From assembly GCA_965202985.1 (NCBI GenBank), contig CBDBCF010000002.1, forward strand, positions 192,001-256,000: DNA of 64,000 bases. Reading direction: 5' to 3'. The notes beneath the pieces were generated by a model. It saw only the letters and a list, made by a program, of their open reading frames with translations, was not told where the DNA came from and did not search any database. Below are positions 38,173 to 49,681 of this stretch, one piece after another; within the stretch, counting starts at the first letter, position 1; every line of letters begins with the position of its first letter. Source of the DNA: Longimicrobiales bacterium (GTDB lineage Bacteria; Gemmatimonadota; Gemmatimonadetes; Longimicrobiales; Gaopeijiaceae). The position numbers and the translations under genes were made by a program.

Positions 38173-39167
38173 CGAACAACGTTCTTGCCGTGGCCGAGCT
38201 GAAGGCGGGACGGGTCGCCGGCGTCTCCAAGGAGGTGGCGACCGCGGCGCGAACGCTGGCGGACGGCTTGGGGGGGTCGGCCACCGCCGTGGCGACGGGC
38301 ACGCCGGGGACGGCCGCCGAGGCCGGCGTCGAGGTGCTCGCCGCACACGGGACGGAGCGCGTCCTGGTACTCGAATCCGAAGCGCTGGCTCCCGGTTGCG
38401 CCGGCGTCCACGCGGCCGCCTTGGCCGACCTCGTGGCCGACGAGGGGTACGGGGCCGTGGTGTTTCCGGCCACCGGGACGGGCAAGGACTTGGCGCCGCG
38501 GGTCGCTGCCAAGCTGAAGAGGCCGCTTCTGACGGACGCCACCGCCCTCGAAGCGGTTGACGGCGAGATCGTCGCGACCCGCCCCGTGTACGCCGGCAAG
38601 GCCTTGGCCAAGGTCCGCCCCGTGGGAGCACCGGCGCTCGTCTCGATCCGCCCCAACGTGTTCGCGCCCGGCTCCTTTGGGGGGACCGCGTCCGTCGAGG
38701 TCGTGGCCGTCGAGCGGGCCGTGGGCGCCGACGGCGGCTACCGGGTGCAAGGCTTCGAAGCGGCCGAGGGAGTCGCCCTCGACGTCTCCGAGGCGGCGAT
38801 CGTGGTGTCTGGAGGGCGGGGCATGAAGGGACCCGAGAACTGGGGCCTTCTGGAAGACCTGCGCGACGCCCTGGGCGACACGGCGGCCTTGGGAGCCTCG
38901 CGCGCAGTGGTCGATGCCGGCTGGCGGCCTCACGCGGAGCAGGTCGGCCAGACGGGCAAGACCGTCACGCCCAAGCTGTACTTCGCCTTGGGGATCTCCG
39001 GCGCGATCCAGCACTTGGCCGGAATGCGCACGGCGGGCGTCGTGGTGGCGGTGAACCGGGACCCGGACGCCCCCATCTTCGGCGTTGCCGACTACGGCAT
39101 CGTGGGCGACGTGTTCGAAGTGGTCCCGGCGCTGATCGACGCCGTTCGGAGTCTGCGAGAGGAGTAG
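38169..39167 (+). CDS. etfA: Electron transfer flavoprotein alpha subunit
   Basis: VSGGRG, ASRAVVDAGW, QVGQTGK and GISGAIQHLAGM. Confidence 0.95.
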   Translation: MTNNVLAVAELKAGRVAGVSKEVATAARTLADGLGGSATAVATGTPGTAAEAGVEVLAAHGTERVLVLESEALAPGCAGVHAAALADLVADEGYGAVVFPATGTGKDLAPRVAAKLKRPLLTDATALEAVDGEIVATRPVYAGKALAKVRPVGAPALVSIRPNVFAPGSFGGTASVEVVAVERAVGADGGYRVQGFEAAEGVALDVSEAAIVVSGGRGMKGPENWGLLEDLRDALGDTAALGASRAVVDAGWRPHAEQVGQTGKTVTPKLYFALGISGAIQHLAGMRTAGVVVAVNRDPDAPIFGVADYGIVGDVFEVVPALIDAVRSLREE

Positions 39168-39195
39168 CGCCGACGGTCCGCGACCGCCGAGTCGC

Positions 39196-39651
39196 TTATC
39201 CCTTCGGCGGGCCGCCCAGCAGCTGCACCGGATCCACCTCCCGTCCCCATCGCCACACCTCCAAGTGCAGATGAGGCCCGGTCACGTTCCCGGACTGGCC
39301 GGTAAGCCCGATCACGGTGGCCTTGGTCACATCTTGGCCGGGTTGCACGGCCGTCTCCGACAGGTGGGCGTATACCGAGAGCATCTCGGGGCCGTGGTCG
39401 ATCCAGACCACTAGGCCATAGCCGCTCATCTCGCCGGCGAATCGAACGCGGCCGTCCAGCAGCGGACGCACGGGGGTGCCGACCGCCGTCGCGATGTCCA
39501 CGCCGCGGTGCATGCCGGGCCACGTGCCCTCCATGCGGACGCCGAACGGAGAGCTCAACGGGCCGTTCACGGGCCACTGGGGCGTGCGGCAGCCGGCCGC
39601 AATCGCGAGCCCGGCAAGGACGACCGCCGACCGGGCGGCGAACCGTCTCAT
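39196..39651 (-). CDS. M23 family metallopeptidase (lipoprotein)
   Basis: HRGVD, YAHLS and GPHLHLE; AAGC lipobox; ATG 39651 overlaps the moeA stop. Confidence 0.9.
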   Translation of the reverse strand: MRRFAARSAVVLAGLAIAAGCRTPQWPVNGPLSSPFGVRMEGTWPGMHRGVDIATAVGTPVRPLLDGRVRFAGEMSGYGLVVWIDHGPEMLSVYAHLSETAVQPGQDVTKATVIGLTGQSGNVTGPHLHLEVWRWGREVDPVQLLGGPPKG

Positions 39652-40922
39652 CGGCCGGGGAGGGAAAGCACGGACACGAACTGGTCGCGGGCGATGCCCC
39701 GAGCACCCTCGGGCACCACTGCGAGTCCCCCGGCGTCTCGGAGGGGCAGGACCAGGCCGCTTCCCTGGGGTCCGGTCAGCGAGCAGCGCAAGCCGGACGC
39801 CGCGCCCGGACCCGACTCCAGCTGGACCCGATAGAACTGCGTCAGTCCGGCCGGCGACGGCAGGGGGTTGGTGGTTCGCGCGAGGACGGTCGCGCCCTCG
39901 GGGCGGGGCGAACCCAGGCAAGCGCGAAGGTAAGGCGCCACGAAGACGTGAAAGGTCACGAACGCCGATGTGGGGTTGCCGGGAAGTCCGAATACGGGGA
40001 GACCCGAATCTCCGTGCCGTCGCGGGACATGTCCGAACGAGACGGGGCTGCCGGGCCGGACGCGCGCTCGCCAGAAGGCCAGTCGAAACCCCTTGGTCAG
40101 AAGCACCTTCTTGAGCAGGTCGCGTTCGCCCATGGACGCGCCCCCGGTGGTCACCAACAGGTCGACTCCCTCGTCGATCGCCCGGGTCAACTTCCCGGCC
40201 AGGGCGCCCTCGTTGTCGTTGGCCACGCCCAAGTCCACGGGCACGCCGCCGGCCTCCACGACTCCTGCTGCGATCATCCCCCGGTTGGTGTCGGGCACGG
40301 CGCGTCCCTCGGCCACCAAGTCGAAGCTCTCCGGCCCCGCCAGCTCGTCGCCGCTGGAGAGCACCCCCACGCTCGGCCGGCGATGGACCCACACGTGCTT
40401 GCGGCCGCTGGCCAGCAGCACCGGCAGCGAACCCGAGTGAACGACCGTCCCCGCCGGCACGATCTCGTCCCCGGCGGTCATGTCCTCGCCCGCAGGACGC
40501 ACGTGGCGCCCAAGGTCGTCCGTCTTGCGGATCAAGACGAAGCCCGGCTCGGCCTTGCCCCCGTCGGTGTGCTCCACGCGAATCACCGAGTCGAACCCGG
40601 AAGGGATCGGGCCTCCTGTCATGACCCTGACCGCCGACGCCGGGGGCATGTCTTCGAGGGGCGCGCTTCCCGGCAGGGACAGGCCGGCCACGGGCATCCG
40701 CAGCGGCTCGCCCTCGTCGGCTCCGTCCAAGTCGCCGCTCCGCACGGCAAAGCCGTCCATGGCGCTGTTGGGCCAAGCCGGCAACGTGGCAGCCGCGCGC
40801 ACCGAAACCGCCACCGACCGCCCAAGCGAGTCGCCCGGGGCCACGGTCTCGGCCGGCAAGGGAACCGTGGCGGACAGGACCCGGCTCAGGGCTTCCCGGT
40901 AGGACAGCCAGTCGGCCTTCAC
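39648..40922 (-). CDS. moeA: Molybdopterin molybdotransferase
   Basis: NSAMDGFAV, VMTGG, SGDEL, TGGASMG and LPGNP; GTG start inferred. Confidence 0.93.
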   Translation of the reverse strand: MKADWLSYREALSRVLSATVPLPAETVAPGDSLGRSVAVSVRAAATLPAWPNSAMDGFAVRSGDLDGADEGEPLRMPVAGLSLPGSAPLEDMPPASAVRVMTGGPIPSGFDSVIRVEHTDGGKAEPGFVLIRKTDDLGRHVRPAGEDMTAGDEIVPAGTVVHSGSLPVLLASGRKHVWVHRRPSVGVLSSGDELAGPESFDLVAEGRAVPDTNRGMIAAGVVEAGGVPVDLGVANDNEGALAGKLTRAIDEGVDLLVTTGGASMGERDLLKKVLLTKGFRLAFWRARVRPGSPVSFGHVPRRHGDSGLPVFGLPGNPTSAFVTFHVFVAPYLRACLGSPRPEGATVLARTTNPLPSPAGLTQFYRVQLESGPGAASGLRCSLTGPQGSGLVLPLRDAGGLAVVPEGARGIARDQFVSVLSLPGR

Positions 40923-40938
40923 GCCCGCCGTCCCGGAC

Positions 40939-41679
40939 TCAGAAACGCCAAGCGGCGCCAAGGGCGAACCCGAAGCCCCGCACCCACTCCCGTTGAACCG
41001 CGTCCTCCAGCTCCTTGCCGGGTTGGCCGAAGCCAGTGGGCGTCTGGAGACGCCAGAGCACGATGTTCGCGTCCAGCCGAACCATGATGCGGTCCGAGGG
41101 CGCCAACCGCACGCCGCCGCCGCCGGAGCCCGTGAAGGCGGTGCCGAAGTCGAACCGATCCTCTTCCAGCAGGACGTTCTCGGCCTCCCCCAGGCCGGCA
41201 ACGTCCAGTGCCGCGCCGGCGCCCGCGAAGATGTAGGGACTGACGCCGCGCCACGTCCTTCGGCCCGTCACGCTGAACGCCAGGCGAGCGTCGGCCATGA
41301 TCAAGTTGGCGTCGGTCTCGCCGATGGTGCGGTCGCCCTCCGCCCGCCGGGGGTCGACCACGTCCCGGGTGGTGGGCACGTAGAACAGCAGTCCTTCTAT
41401 CGACAGCGGGCCGCTCAGCTCCAGGGCGTATCGCCCCCCCGCGAAGACCGACGACTTCGGCCCCAGATCCAGGCTGCCCGAGGCCAACTCCAAGTAGCCG
41501 GACACCAAGCCGGCTTCCTGACCGTGCTCCAAGTACCGGTAGGAGGAGGGGATCGCTTGGCCGGAGGCCTCGGGCGGATCCGCAATCGACGGCGCGAACG
41601 CCGGCAGGAGTGCCGCCAAGCCGGTCGCGAGGGTGCGAATCGCCCCTCCGCGAGAACGATTGTTGGGTGGAAGGGCCAT
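40939..41679 (-). CDS. Outer-membrane beta-barrel protein
   Basis: Signal peptide, alternating beta pattern, SPYIFAGAG and terminal WRF. Confidence 0.75.
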   Translation of the reverse strand: MALPPNNRSRGGAIRTLATGLAALLPAFAPSIADPPEASGQAIPSSYRYLEHGQEAGLVSGYLELASGSLDLGPKSSVFAGGRYALELSGPLSIEGLLFYVPTTRDVVDPRRAEGDRTIGETDANLIMADARLAFSVTGRRTWRGVSPYIFAGAGAALDVAGLGEAENVLLEEDRFDFGTAFTGSGGGGVRLAPSDRIMVRLDANIVLWRLQTPTGFGQPGKELEDAVQREWVRGFGFALGAAWRF

Positions 41680-41798
41680 TCTGCCGCGATAGTGAGCCGG
41701 GTTGCTCCAGTCCAGGTTGAATGTAATCTGATTCCGGCAACGGTATCTTTCGGCGAGGGGCGCGCAGGCGCCCCATTTCCCAAGACGAGGCGAGGGAC

Positions 41799-42587
41799 AT
41801 GCTCATGCGGTGCACCACGTGCGGACTGGTGCTTCGGGACGGCGAGGACCGCTGTCCGACGTGCGGCGCCGCGGTTGCGAGCCGTCCGGTTCCCACGTCG
41901 TTGCGCGGTCTGCGCCAGTGCCGTCGCTGCGGGTACCGGGGCGAGGGCATTCCCTACTTCCGCAAGGCCGCCCACGTGGGTCTGCTGGCCGGGCTGAGCC
42001 TATTCACCTACGGGGTCGGCGGCGTCATCTACTACGCGGCTCGACGAAACCACGAGGTCTGCCCCGGTTGCGGCTTCGGGTGGGAACACGCGCGCGAGCC
42101 CGGTCCGCCCCAAGAACCCGCGGCGCCCGTTCCCGCCCCAGGCGTCGCCGGGCGGCCGACGCCGCTGCCGCCTTCGGGCGCCGGCCGGCGCGTATTCGGT
42201 GGCGTCCTCGCCGGGCTTGCCACGCTGATGATCACCTTGGGCCTAGTCGGCGGCGAATTCGAACCGGTCGTGCTGGGCTCCCTGTTCGGCATGGCCGGTT
42301 CCGGGCTCTTCCTGGGCGGATGGCGCGCCTTGCAGCGCCGGCGCCAAGCCGTCCTTCAGTCCCTTCATCGGAAGGTGCTCCTCATGGCCACGCAACGCCA
42401 AGGAGTGCTGACCGTGACCGAGGTGGCCGCCGAGCTCAGCCTGTCGCTTCCGGCGGCGGAGAAGCTCATGACGGGCATGGAGGACGGCTTCCGCGTCCGG
42501 TCCGACGTGACCGACGACGGCATCATCGTCTACGAGTTCCCCGAAGTGCTCCACCAGAAGAAGCTGCGGCCCGGTGGTTCGGACTAG
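41799..42587 (+). CDS. Zinc-ribbon membrane protein with C-terminal wHTH-like region
   Basis: Four CxxC pairs, about three TM segments, LTVTEVAAEL...GIIVYEFP. Confidence 0.75.
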   Translation: MLMRCTTCGLVLRDGEDRCPTCGAAVASRPVPTSLRGLRQCRRCGYRGEGIPYFRKAAHVGLLAGLSLFTYGVGGVIYYAARRNHEVCPGCGFGWEHAREPGPPQEPAAPVPAPGVAGRPTPLPPSGAGRRVFGGVLAGLATLMITLGLVGGEFEPVVLGSLFGMAGSGLFLGGWRALQRRRQAVLQSLHRKVLLMATQRQGVLTVTEVAAELSLSLPAAEKLMTGMEDGFRVRSDVTDDGIIVYEFPEVLHQKKLRPGGSD

Positions 42588-42691
42588 AACTGGATGAGGT
42601 TGTTGCCTCCATGTCGCCTGCCCTAGTAGGATTGCAGCGCACTATTGCCATCATCGAAACTGCGAGGCCAAGACTTGGAGGAAGCCTCTAG

Positions 42692-44988
<2,297 letters not shown>

Positions 44989-44992
<4 letters not shown>

Positions 44993-46044
44993 GACGCACC
45001 ACCGGTATCGTGACCGCAGCGCTGCTCGCGGCTTCGTGCGACTTGCCCACCAGCGCTCCGATCCTGGAGACGAAGTGGCTGTTCGAGGTTCGCTCCACGG
45101 CGATCGGCGTGGAGGGGCTGTTGCCGGCGGGTGTGGCGCTGGAGGCGGGCGTCTTCGCGGTGGCGGTCGATCCTGGGCAAGCGGGCAAAGGACTGGACGA
45201 ACTGTGTCCCGCTTGCCGCGAGCTGCAGGGCCGGTCGGCGCCGAAGCCGGCCTTCACGGGCAGCGTGGCCGACACCCTGAGCTTGCCGGCGGAAGTCGTA
45301 TCGGCGGAGTTGTCGGCGGGAAGCGTCGAGCTTTCCTTCCGCCACAACTTCGGCTTCGATCCGCTCCGGCCCCCGGGCGGAGAGGCGGGCTCCTTCACCG
45401 TGGTCGTGTCCGAGATCGGCGGCCGGGAGCTGGCTCGCGCCGTGGTGGACGGAGCCGCGGACTCGCTGCCTCCGGGCCGGCCCTTTCGCCGAGTCTTGGC
45501 GCTGGCGCCGGGGGCGGTCGGACCCGAGGTCTTGTTCACGGCGTCGATTGCGTCGCCTGCCGGCGGGCTGGATCGGGAGCACTGGATTCACTTCAAGGCG
45601 GACCAGAGGCTCGACGCGACCGTCGCGCCGACGGGCCTGTCGGTCTCTTCGGCCAGGGTTGGCGTGGTGGGCCGGCAGGCCGAGATCGAGCCCGCCGCCG
45701 TGGACGTGGAGGCCGTGGACGCCGGGATCGTGGACCGCATCGCGGACGGGGCGTTCGTCTTGGATGTCACCAACCCGTTCGGCGTCGGGATGGACGCCGA
45801 GCTGGTGATCGTCCAGGGCGACAGCGCTGTGGTGCGCAAGGACTTCGCGGTCTCCGAGCAGGCGGCCTCCATCGTGTCGGTTCCGCTGTCCGCCGACGAG
45901 TTTCGGTCGTTCTTGGGCAAGGCGGGCGTGGTGCTGAGCGGATCGGGAACGGTCACCTCGCCGACCGGCGGGGTGCGCGTGGCGCCGGAGATGGAAGTGA
46001 CGATCGACGGCAACGTCGAGCTCGTCCTTCGCGTGGGGAGCTGA
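44989..46044 (+). CDS. Hypothetical beta-rich lipoprotein
   Basis: GTG overlaps the acs stop; LAASC lipobox; coupled to the downstream barrel gene. Confidence 0.75.
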
Positions 46045-47339
46045 TGAGGATGCACGAAGGGCTGATACGCGCCTGCTTGGCGACGGGACTCGGCGCGGCG
46101 TGCTTGCTGGGACCGGTGGTCGCGCCGTCGCAGGCCCAGCTGGGCACTGCGAGCACGCGGGCTCTGAACATGGGCGGAGGCGCGGCGGCGTCGGCTCGGG
46201 GGTTCGGCGCCGTGGCCACCAACCCGGCCGGGCTGGGCATGCCCGACGCGCCGTCGTTCTCGCTGGCGGTCCTGGCCGTCGGGGCCGAGAACGGCGTTGG
46301 TCCAATCGCCTGGGGCGACATTGGGTCTTTCGGGGACGGCGTGCTGTCCGACGCCGTCAAGGCAGACTGGACGAGCTGGGTGGCGGAGGCCGACGGGCAA
46401 ACTGGTCCCTTCGGCGTCGAGCTGACCTGGGTCGCACTGTCGGTGGGACGGATCGGCTTTCAGGTGTCCACGGTCGGGTCCGTGGGCATGGACCTGTCTC
46501 CCGGACTGGTCGAGCTCATGCTCTACGGGAACGCGGGGCGGACCGGATCGGCGTCGGAAGTCCGCGTGGCACCGTCCTCGGCCAGCGGGTGGGCCGTCAC
46601 CACGGCCGGCGTCGGGTCGGCGTTCGGGTTCTCCGCCGGCAACGGTCGAGGGGCCGCCGGGGCCACGCTCAAGTACTCCCTGGGCCACGGCGCCATGGCG
46701 ATGGACGGCCCCGGAGGAGTCGCCACCGCGTCGCCCCTGGCCGTTTCGCTCGACATGCCCGTGCTGTACACCAAGGGAGACGATGTCGGCTTCGCGGGTG
46801 GCGGCGTCGGCCTCGACCTGGGCTTCCAATACGCCTCGGGCGCCGTCTCCGTGGGCGCGACGATGCGCAACGTGTTCAGCACCTTTGCCTGGGACGACGC
46901 CAAGGCCGCCTATCGCCCGATGGCCGCGGACATCCGCGACGGCGGCTTCGACACCGATTTGGCCGTAGGCGCGGTATCCGGCGCGCCCAGCGACTTGCGC
47001 GGCAAGTGGGACGACATGGGCTTCGCGCCGCAGCTGGCGCTGGCCACCGCCTACGAGGTCGTGCCGGACCTGATCGTGTCCGCCGAACTCCACAACCACT
47101 TCGGCGAAGGCATGCGCGTCGGGCCGAAGCTCTTCGCCGGCGCCGGCGTTGAGTACCGGGGCGTGTCGCGGCTGGGTTTGCGCGCCGGCGGAGGGGCCGC
47201 GACGGGCGGGTTCCAGGTGGGCGGGGGCGTCACGCTTTCGCTTGAACCGGTGCACCTGTCGCTCGCTGCCGGCCTCAGGCGAGACGGCGACGTGGACGTG
47301 CCGACCGCGATGGCGGGGGTATCCTACGGCGCTCATTAG
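46044..47339 (+). CDS. Outer-membrane beta-barrel protein (FadL/DUF5723-like)
   Basis: TGATG overlap, signal peptide, RALNMGG...NPAGLG, GVGLDLG and GVEY...LRAG. Confidence 0.75.
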   Translation: MRMHEGLIRACLATGLGAACLLGPVVAPSQAQLGTASTRALNMGGGAAASARGFGAVATNPAGLGMPDAPSFSLAVLAVGAENGVGPIAWGDIGSFGDGVLSDAVKADWTSWVAEADGQTGPFGVELTWVALSVGRIGFQVSTVGSVGMDLSPGLVELMLYGNAGRTGSASEVRVAPSSASGWAVTTAGVGSAFGFSAGNGRGAAGATLKYSLGHGAMAMDGPGGVATASPLAVSLDMPVLYTKGDDVGFAGGGVGLDLGFQYASGAVSVGATMRNVFSTFAWDDAKAAYRPMAADIRDGGFDTDLAVGAVSGAPSDLRGKWDDMGFAPQLALATAYEVVPDLIVSAELHNHFGEGMRVGPKLFAGAGVEYRGVSRLGLRAGGGAATGGFQVGGGVTLSLEPVHLSLAAGLRRDGDVDVPTAMAGVSYGAH

Positions 47340-47418
47340 GCGGGTGTACCGCCAGGGCGGTTTCGTCAATTGCGACTCGGCGGACGGGTCATGGACGGGG
47401 TCGTCCAAGGACACTGAG

Positions 47419-47447
47419 TTGAGCAGCGAGTCGCGATTCGGTATACT
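47419..47447 (+). promoter_or_regulatory. Putative sigma70 promoter
   Basis: TTGAGC-17 bp-TATACT upstream of ORF 47540. Confidence 0.6.
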
Positions 47448-47539
47448 CGGTAGCTAGTGGCCTTCCCTCCCGAAAGTGGTGGTGCAGGCAAGGTCACGGA
47501 CGGAATCACAAAGCTCCCCTGCTCCAAGGCTGAACGCCC

Positions 47540-48631
47540 ATGACCGACCAAGAGAACCTACTTCTCCCAGAGGCCGTTGCTGTCGCCGAATCTGCAGACT
47601 GTGATATCTTGCTGCTCAATGGTCCCCTCTTGTTTCCCGTTGACCAAGAGGTTGCGCAGCTTTGCAAGGGCCGGCAGGGGCGACGCAATTTGTTGTTCAT
47701 GCTCGTGACAACCGGTGGGGATGCCGATGCGGCATATCGGCTTGCGACCACACTTCAAAATCACTACGAGACGATAACCTGCTACGTTACAGGCTATTGC
47801 AAGAGTGCTGGGACTCTTGTAGCAATTGGTGCACACAGCCTCGTCATGAGCGATTGCGGTGAACTGGGTCCCGTCGATGTTCAACTCTACAAGGAAGACG
47901 AAATTGGAGAAAGAAGGTCGGGCCTGACCGTACTTTCAGCCTTGAAGACTCTGCACGAGCAGGCATTTGATGCATTTGAGCACTTTATGTTGTCGATCAA
48001 GTTTCGTAGCGGGGGTTCAATAACCGCCCGCACAGCCACGGAAGTTACTGCTAATCTGACCGGCCGACTGATGGAGCCGATCTATGGTCATATCGATGCA
48101 ATGCATATTGGCGAGGCCGGTCGCTCGTTGAGGATCGCACATGAGTATGGCGAGTTGCTGGACAGCAGAACAAACAACCTTAGGAAGGGTACGCTTGACA
48201 GACTTACGAACGACTACCCGGTTCACACGTTCGTGATTGACCAACGCCAAGCTGAACGGCTATTCCACAACGTTCGTGAACGCTCGGCCGAGGAGGTCTT
48301 ATTGGCCAGCAAGTTGGGGGAATGGGCTGTTTTTCCTAGATCTGCACCTTCCGACAAGCTACTGGCTTTCTTGAATTCCGAGAATCATGCGTCCCGACAG
48401 GAGGATCAAGAACGTGAAGACCAAGGAGAGGTACTGTGCCCCGGAGGAGAATCCCTTGAAGATCCAGGAGCGCACTCTGGCGCGATTGAGGGACATACCT
48501 CGGGTCGACCCCGGGAAGGAAGCACGCAGGATCCAGCGGGAGTCCCTAAGGCGGATTCGAGCAACGGTAGACCGGTCCCAGTAGGCATCCAGCCCACAGT
48601 CGCCGACTCGGTGGTGGGGGTCCACACTTGA
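47540..48631 (+). CDS. SDH_sah-family ClpP-fold serine protease
   Basis: TTGGDADAAY, CKSAGTL, LGPVDVQ and YPVH; markedly lower GC than the host genes. Confidence 0.85.
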   Translation: MTDQENLLLPEAVAVAESADCDILLLNGPLLFPVDQEVAQLCKGRQGRRNLLFMLVTTGGDADAAYRLATTLQNHYETITCYVTGYCKSAGTLVAIGAHSLVMSDCGELGPVDVQLYKEDEIGERRSGLTVLSALKTLHEQAFDAFEHFMLSIKFRSGGSITARTATEVTANLTGRLMEPIYGHIDAMHIGEAGRSLRIAHEYGELLDSRTNNLRKGTLDRLTNDYPVHTFVIDQRQAERLFHNVRERSAEEVLLASKLGEWAVFPRSAPSDKLLAFLNSENHASRQEDQEREDQGEVLCPGGESLEDPGAHSGAIEGHTSGRPREGSTQDPAGVPKADSSNGRPVPVGIQPTVADSVVGVHT

Positions 48632-48776
48632 GTGGGGATTTCCCCCCGCGGCTTGTCTCGGCTAAAGTTGGAGACTCGCAGCGCTGACTGCCCGTCCACG
48701 CAGGTCGGGGACGCCGGGCCGAGTGGGGAGCCGGCGACTTAGCAGTCGTCGCGAATCTCTGGCGGACGGCGGGCGA

Positions 48777-49112
48777 ATGGATCAAGTCGACGACGCTCTG
48801 ATCACCGAGATGGTCAAGGCCATCGTTGACGAAGTAGACCCCGAAAAGGTCGTTCTTTTCGGTTCCAGGGGTCGCCGGGCGGCTACGGAGCGGTCGGATG
48901 TGGACCTGCTCGTCATCGAAGCCGAGCCGTTCGGTCCCGGTCGCAGCCGGAGCCGTGAGCTCGTCAGGCTGTACGGCGCCCTCTCCGGCTTTGTCGTGCC
49001 CGTGGACGTTCTCGTCTACTCGCTGGCCGATGTGGAGTACTGGCGCGACTCCCTCAATCACGTCCTCGCACGGGCGTTGCGGGAAGGAAGGGTCGTGTAT
49101 GAGCGACCCTAA
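48777..49112 (+). CDS. Minimal nucleotidyltransferase (MNT)
   Basis: LFGSR...SDVDLLV, VDVLV and EGRVVYE. Confidence 0.9.
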   Translation: MDQVDDALITEMVKAIVDEVDPEKVVLFGSRGRRAATERSDVDLLVIEAEPFGPGRSRSRELVRLYGALSGFVVPVDVLVYSLADVEYWRDSLNHVLARALREGRVVYERP

Positions 49113-49491
49113 GTGCGCCGGGATGTTGCTCCGCGCAGCCGAACGCGATGTTCTCACGCTCAGGAGCATGACGGCAGAAGCGCCCGACGAGTCCTTCGGT
49201 TTCCATGTCCAGCAGGCGGCGGAGAAGGCCTTCAAGGCGTGGCTCGCCGTGCTTGGCGAGACCTATCCTCTCACGCACAGCCTCCAGGCGCTGCTCCGGC
49301 TGCTTGCCGCGAAGGGCGTCGCGACAGCCCCGTTCAATGACCTTGCAGACTTCACGCCGTATGCCGTGGAATTCCGATACGAGGGAGTTGGCGCGGACGC
49401 GGAGCCCATCGATCGGGAGGCGACGCTTGCCCGGCTCGTGATCTTGCTGGACGGCATTCGGCGGCAGGTCGACCACGCGAGCCCGGGCTGA
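49099..49491 (+). CDS. HEPN-domain protein (partner of MNT)
   Basis: FHVQQAAEKAFKA, THSL and FRY; overlaps the MNT 3' end. Confidence 0.9.
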   Translation: MSDPKCAGMLLRAAERDVLTLRSMTAEAPDESFGFHVQQAAEKAFKAWLAVLGETYPLTHSLQALLRLLAAKGVATAPFNDLADFTPYAVEFRYEGVGADAEPIDREATLARLVILLDGIRRQVDHASPG

Positions 49492-49681
49492 CAGGCCGGA
49501 GCCCGCCAGCAATGAAGGGCGATGTCCTGCCGCCTCGTGCGTCTACTTGTTGGTTGCAACGAGGCCCCGAATCGGCTCCATCAGTGCTTCCCGGCTTGCC
49601 GCGCGCCCTGGGCCAGCTTGGCCGCAGTAGCCGCACGGGCGGTTCCCGGCTTACTGTTTCGCTGTGAACGGGCCTTCGGAG

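Noticed and set aside
42588..42691. AT-richer spacer that reads like a protein C-terminus (ELDEVVASMSPALVGLQRTIAIIE)
   Set aside because: Too short to assign; it may be a deletion remnant but cannot be supported.
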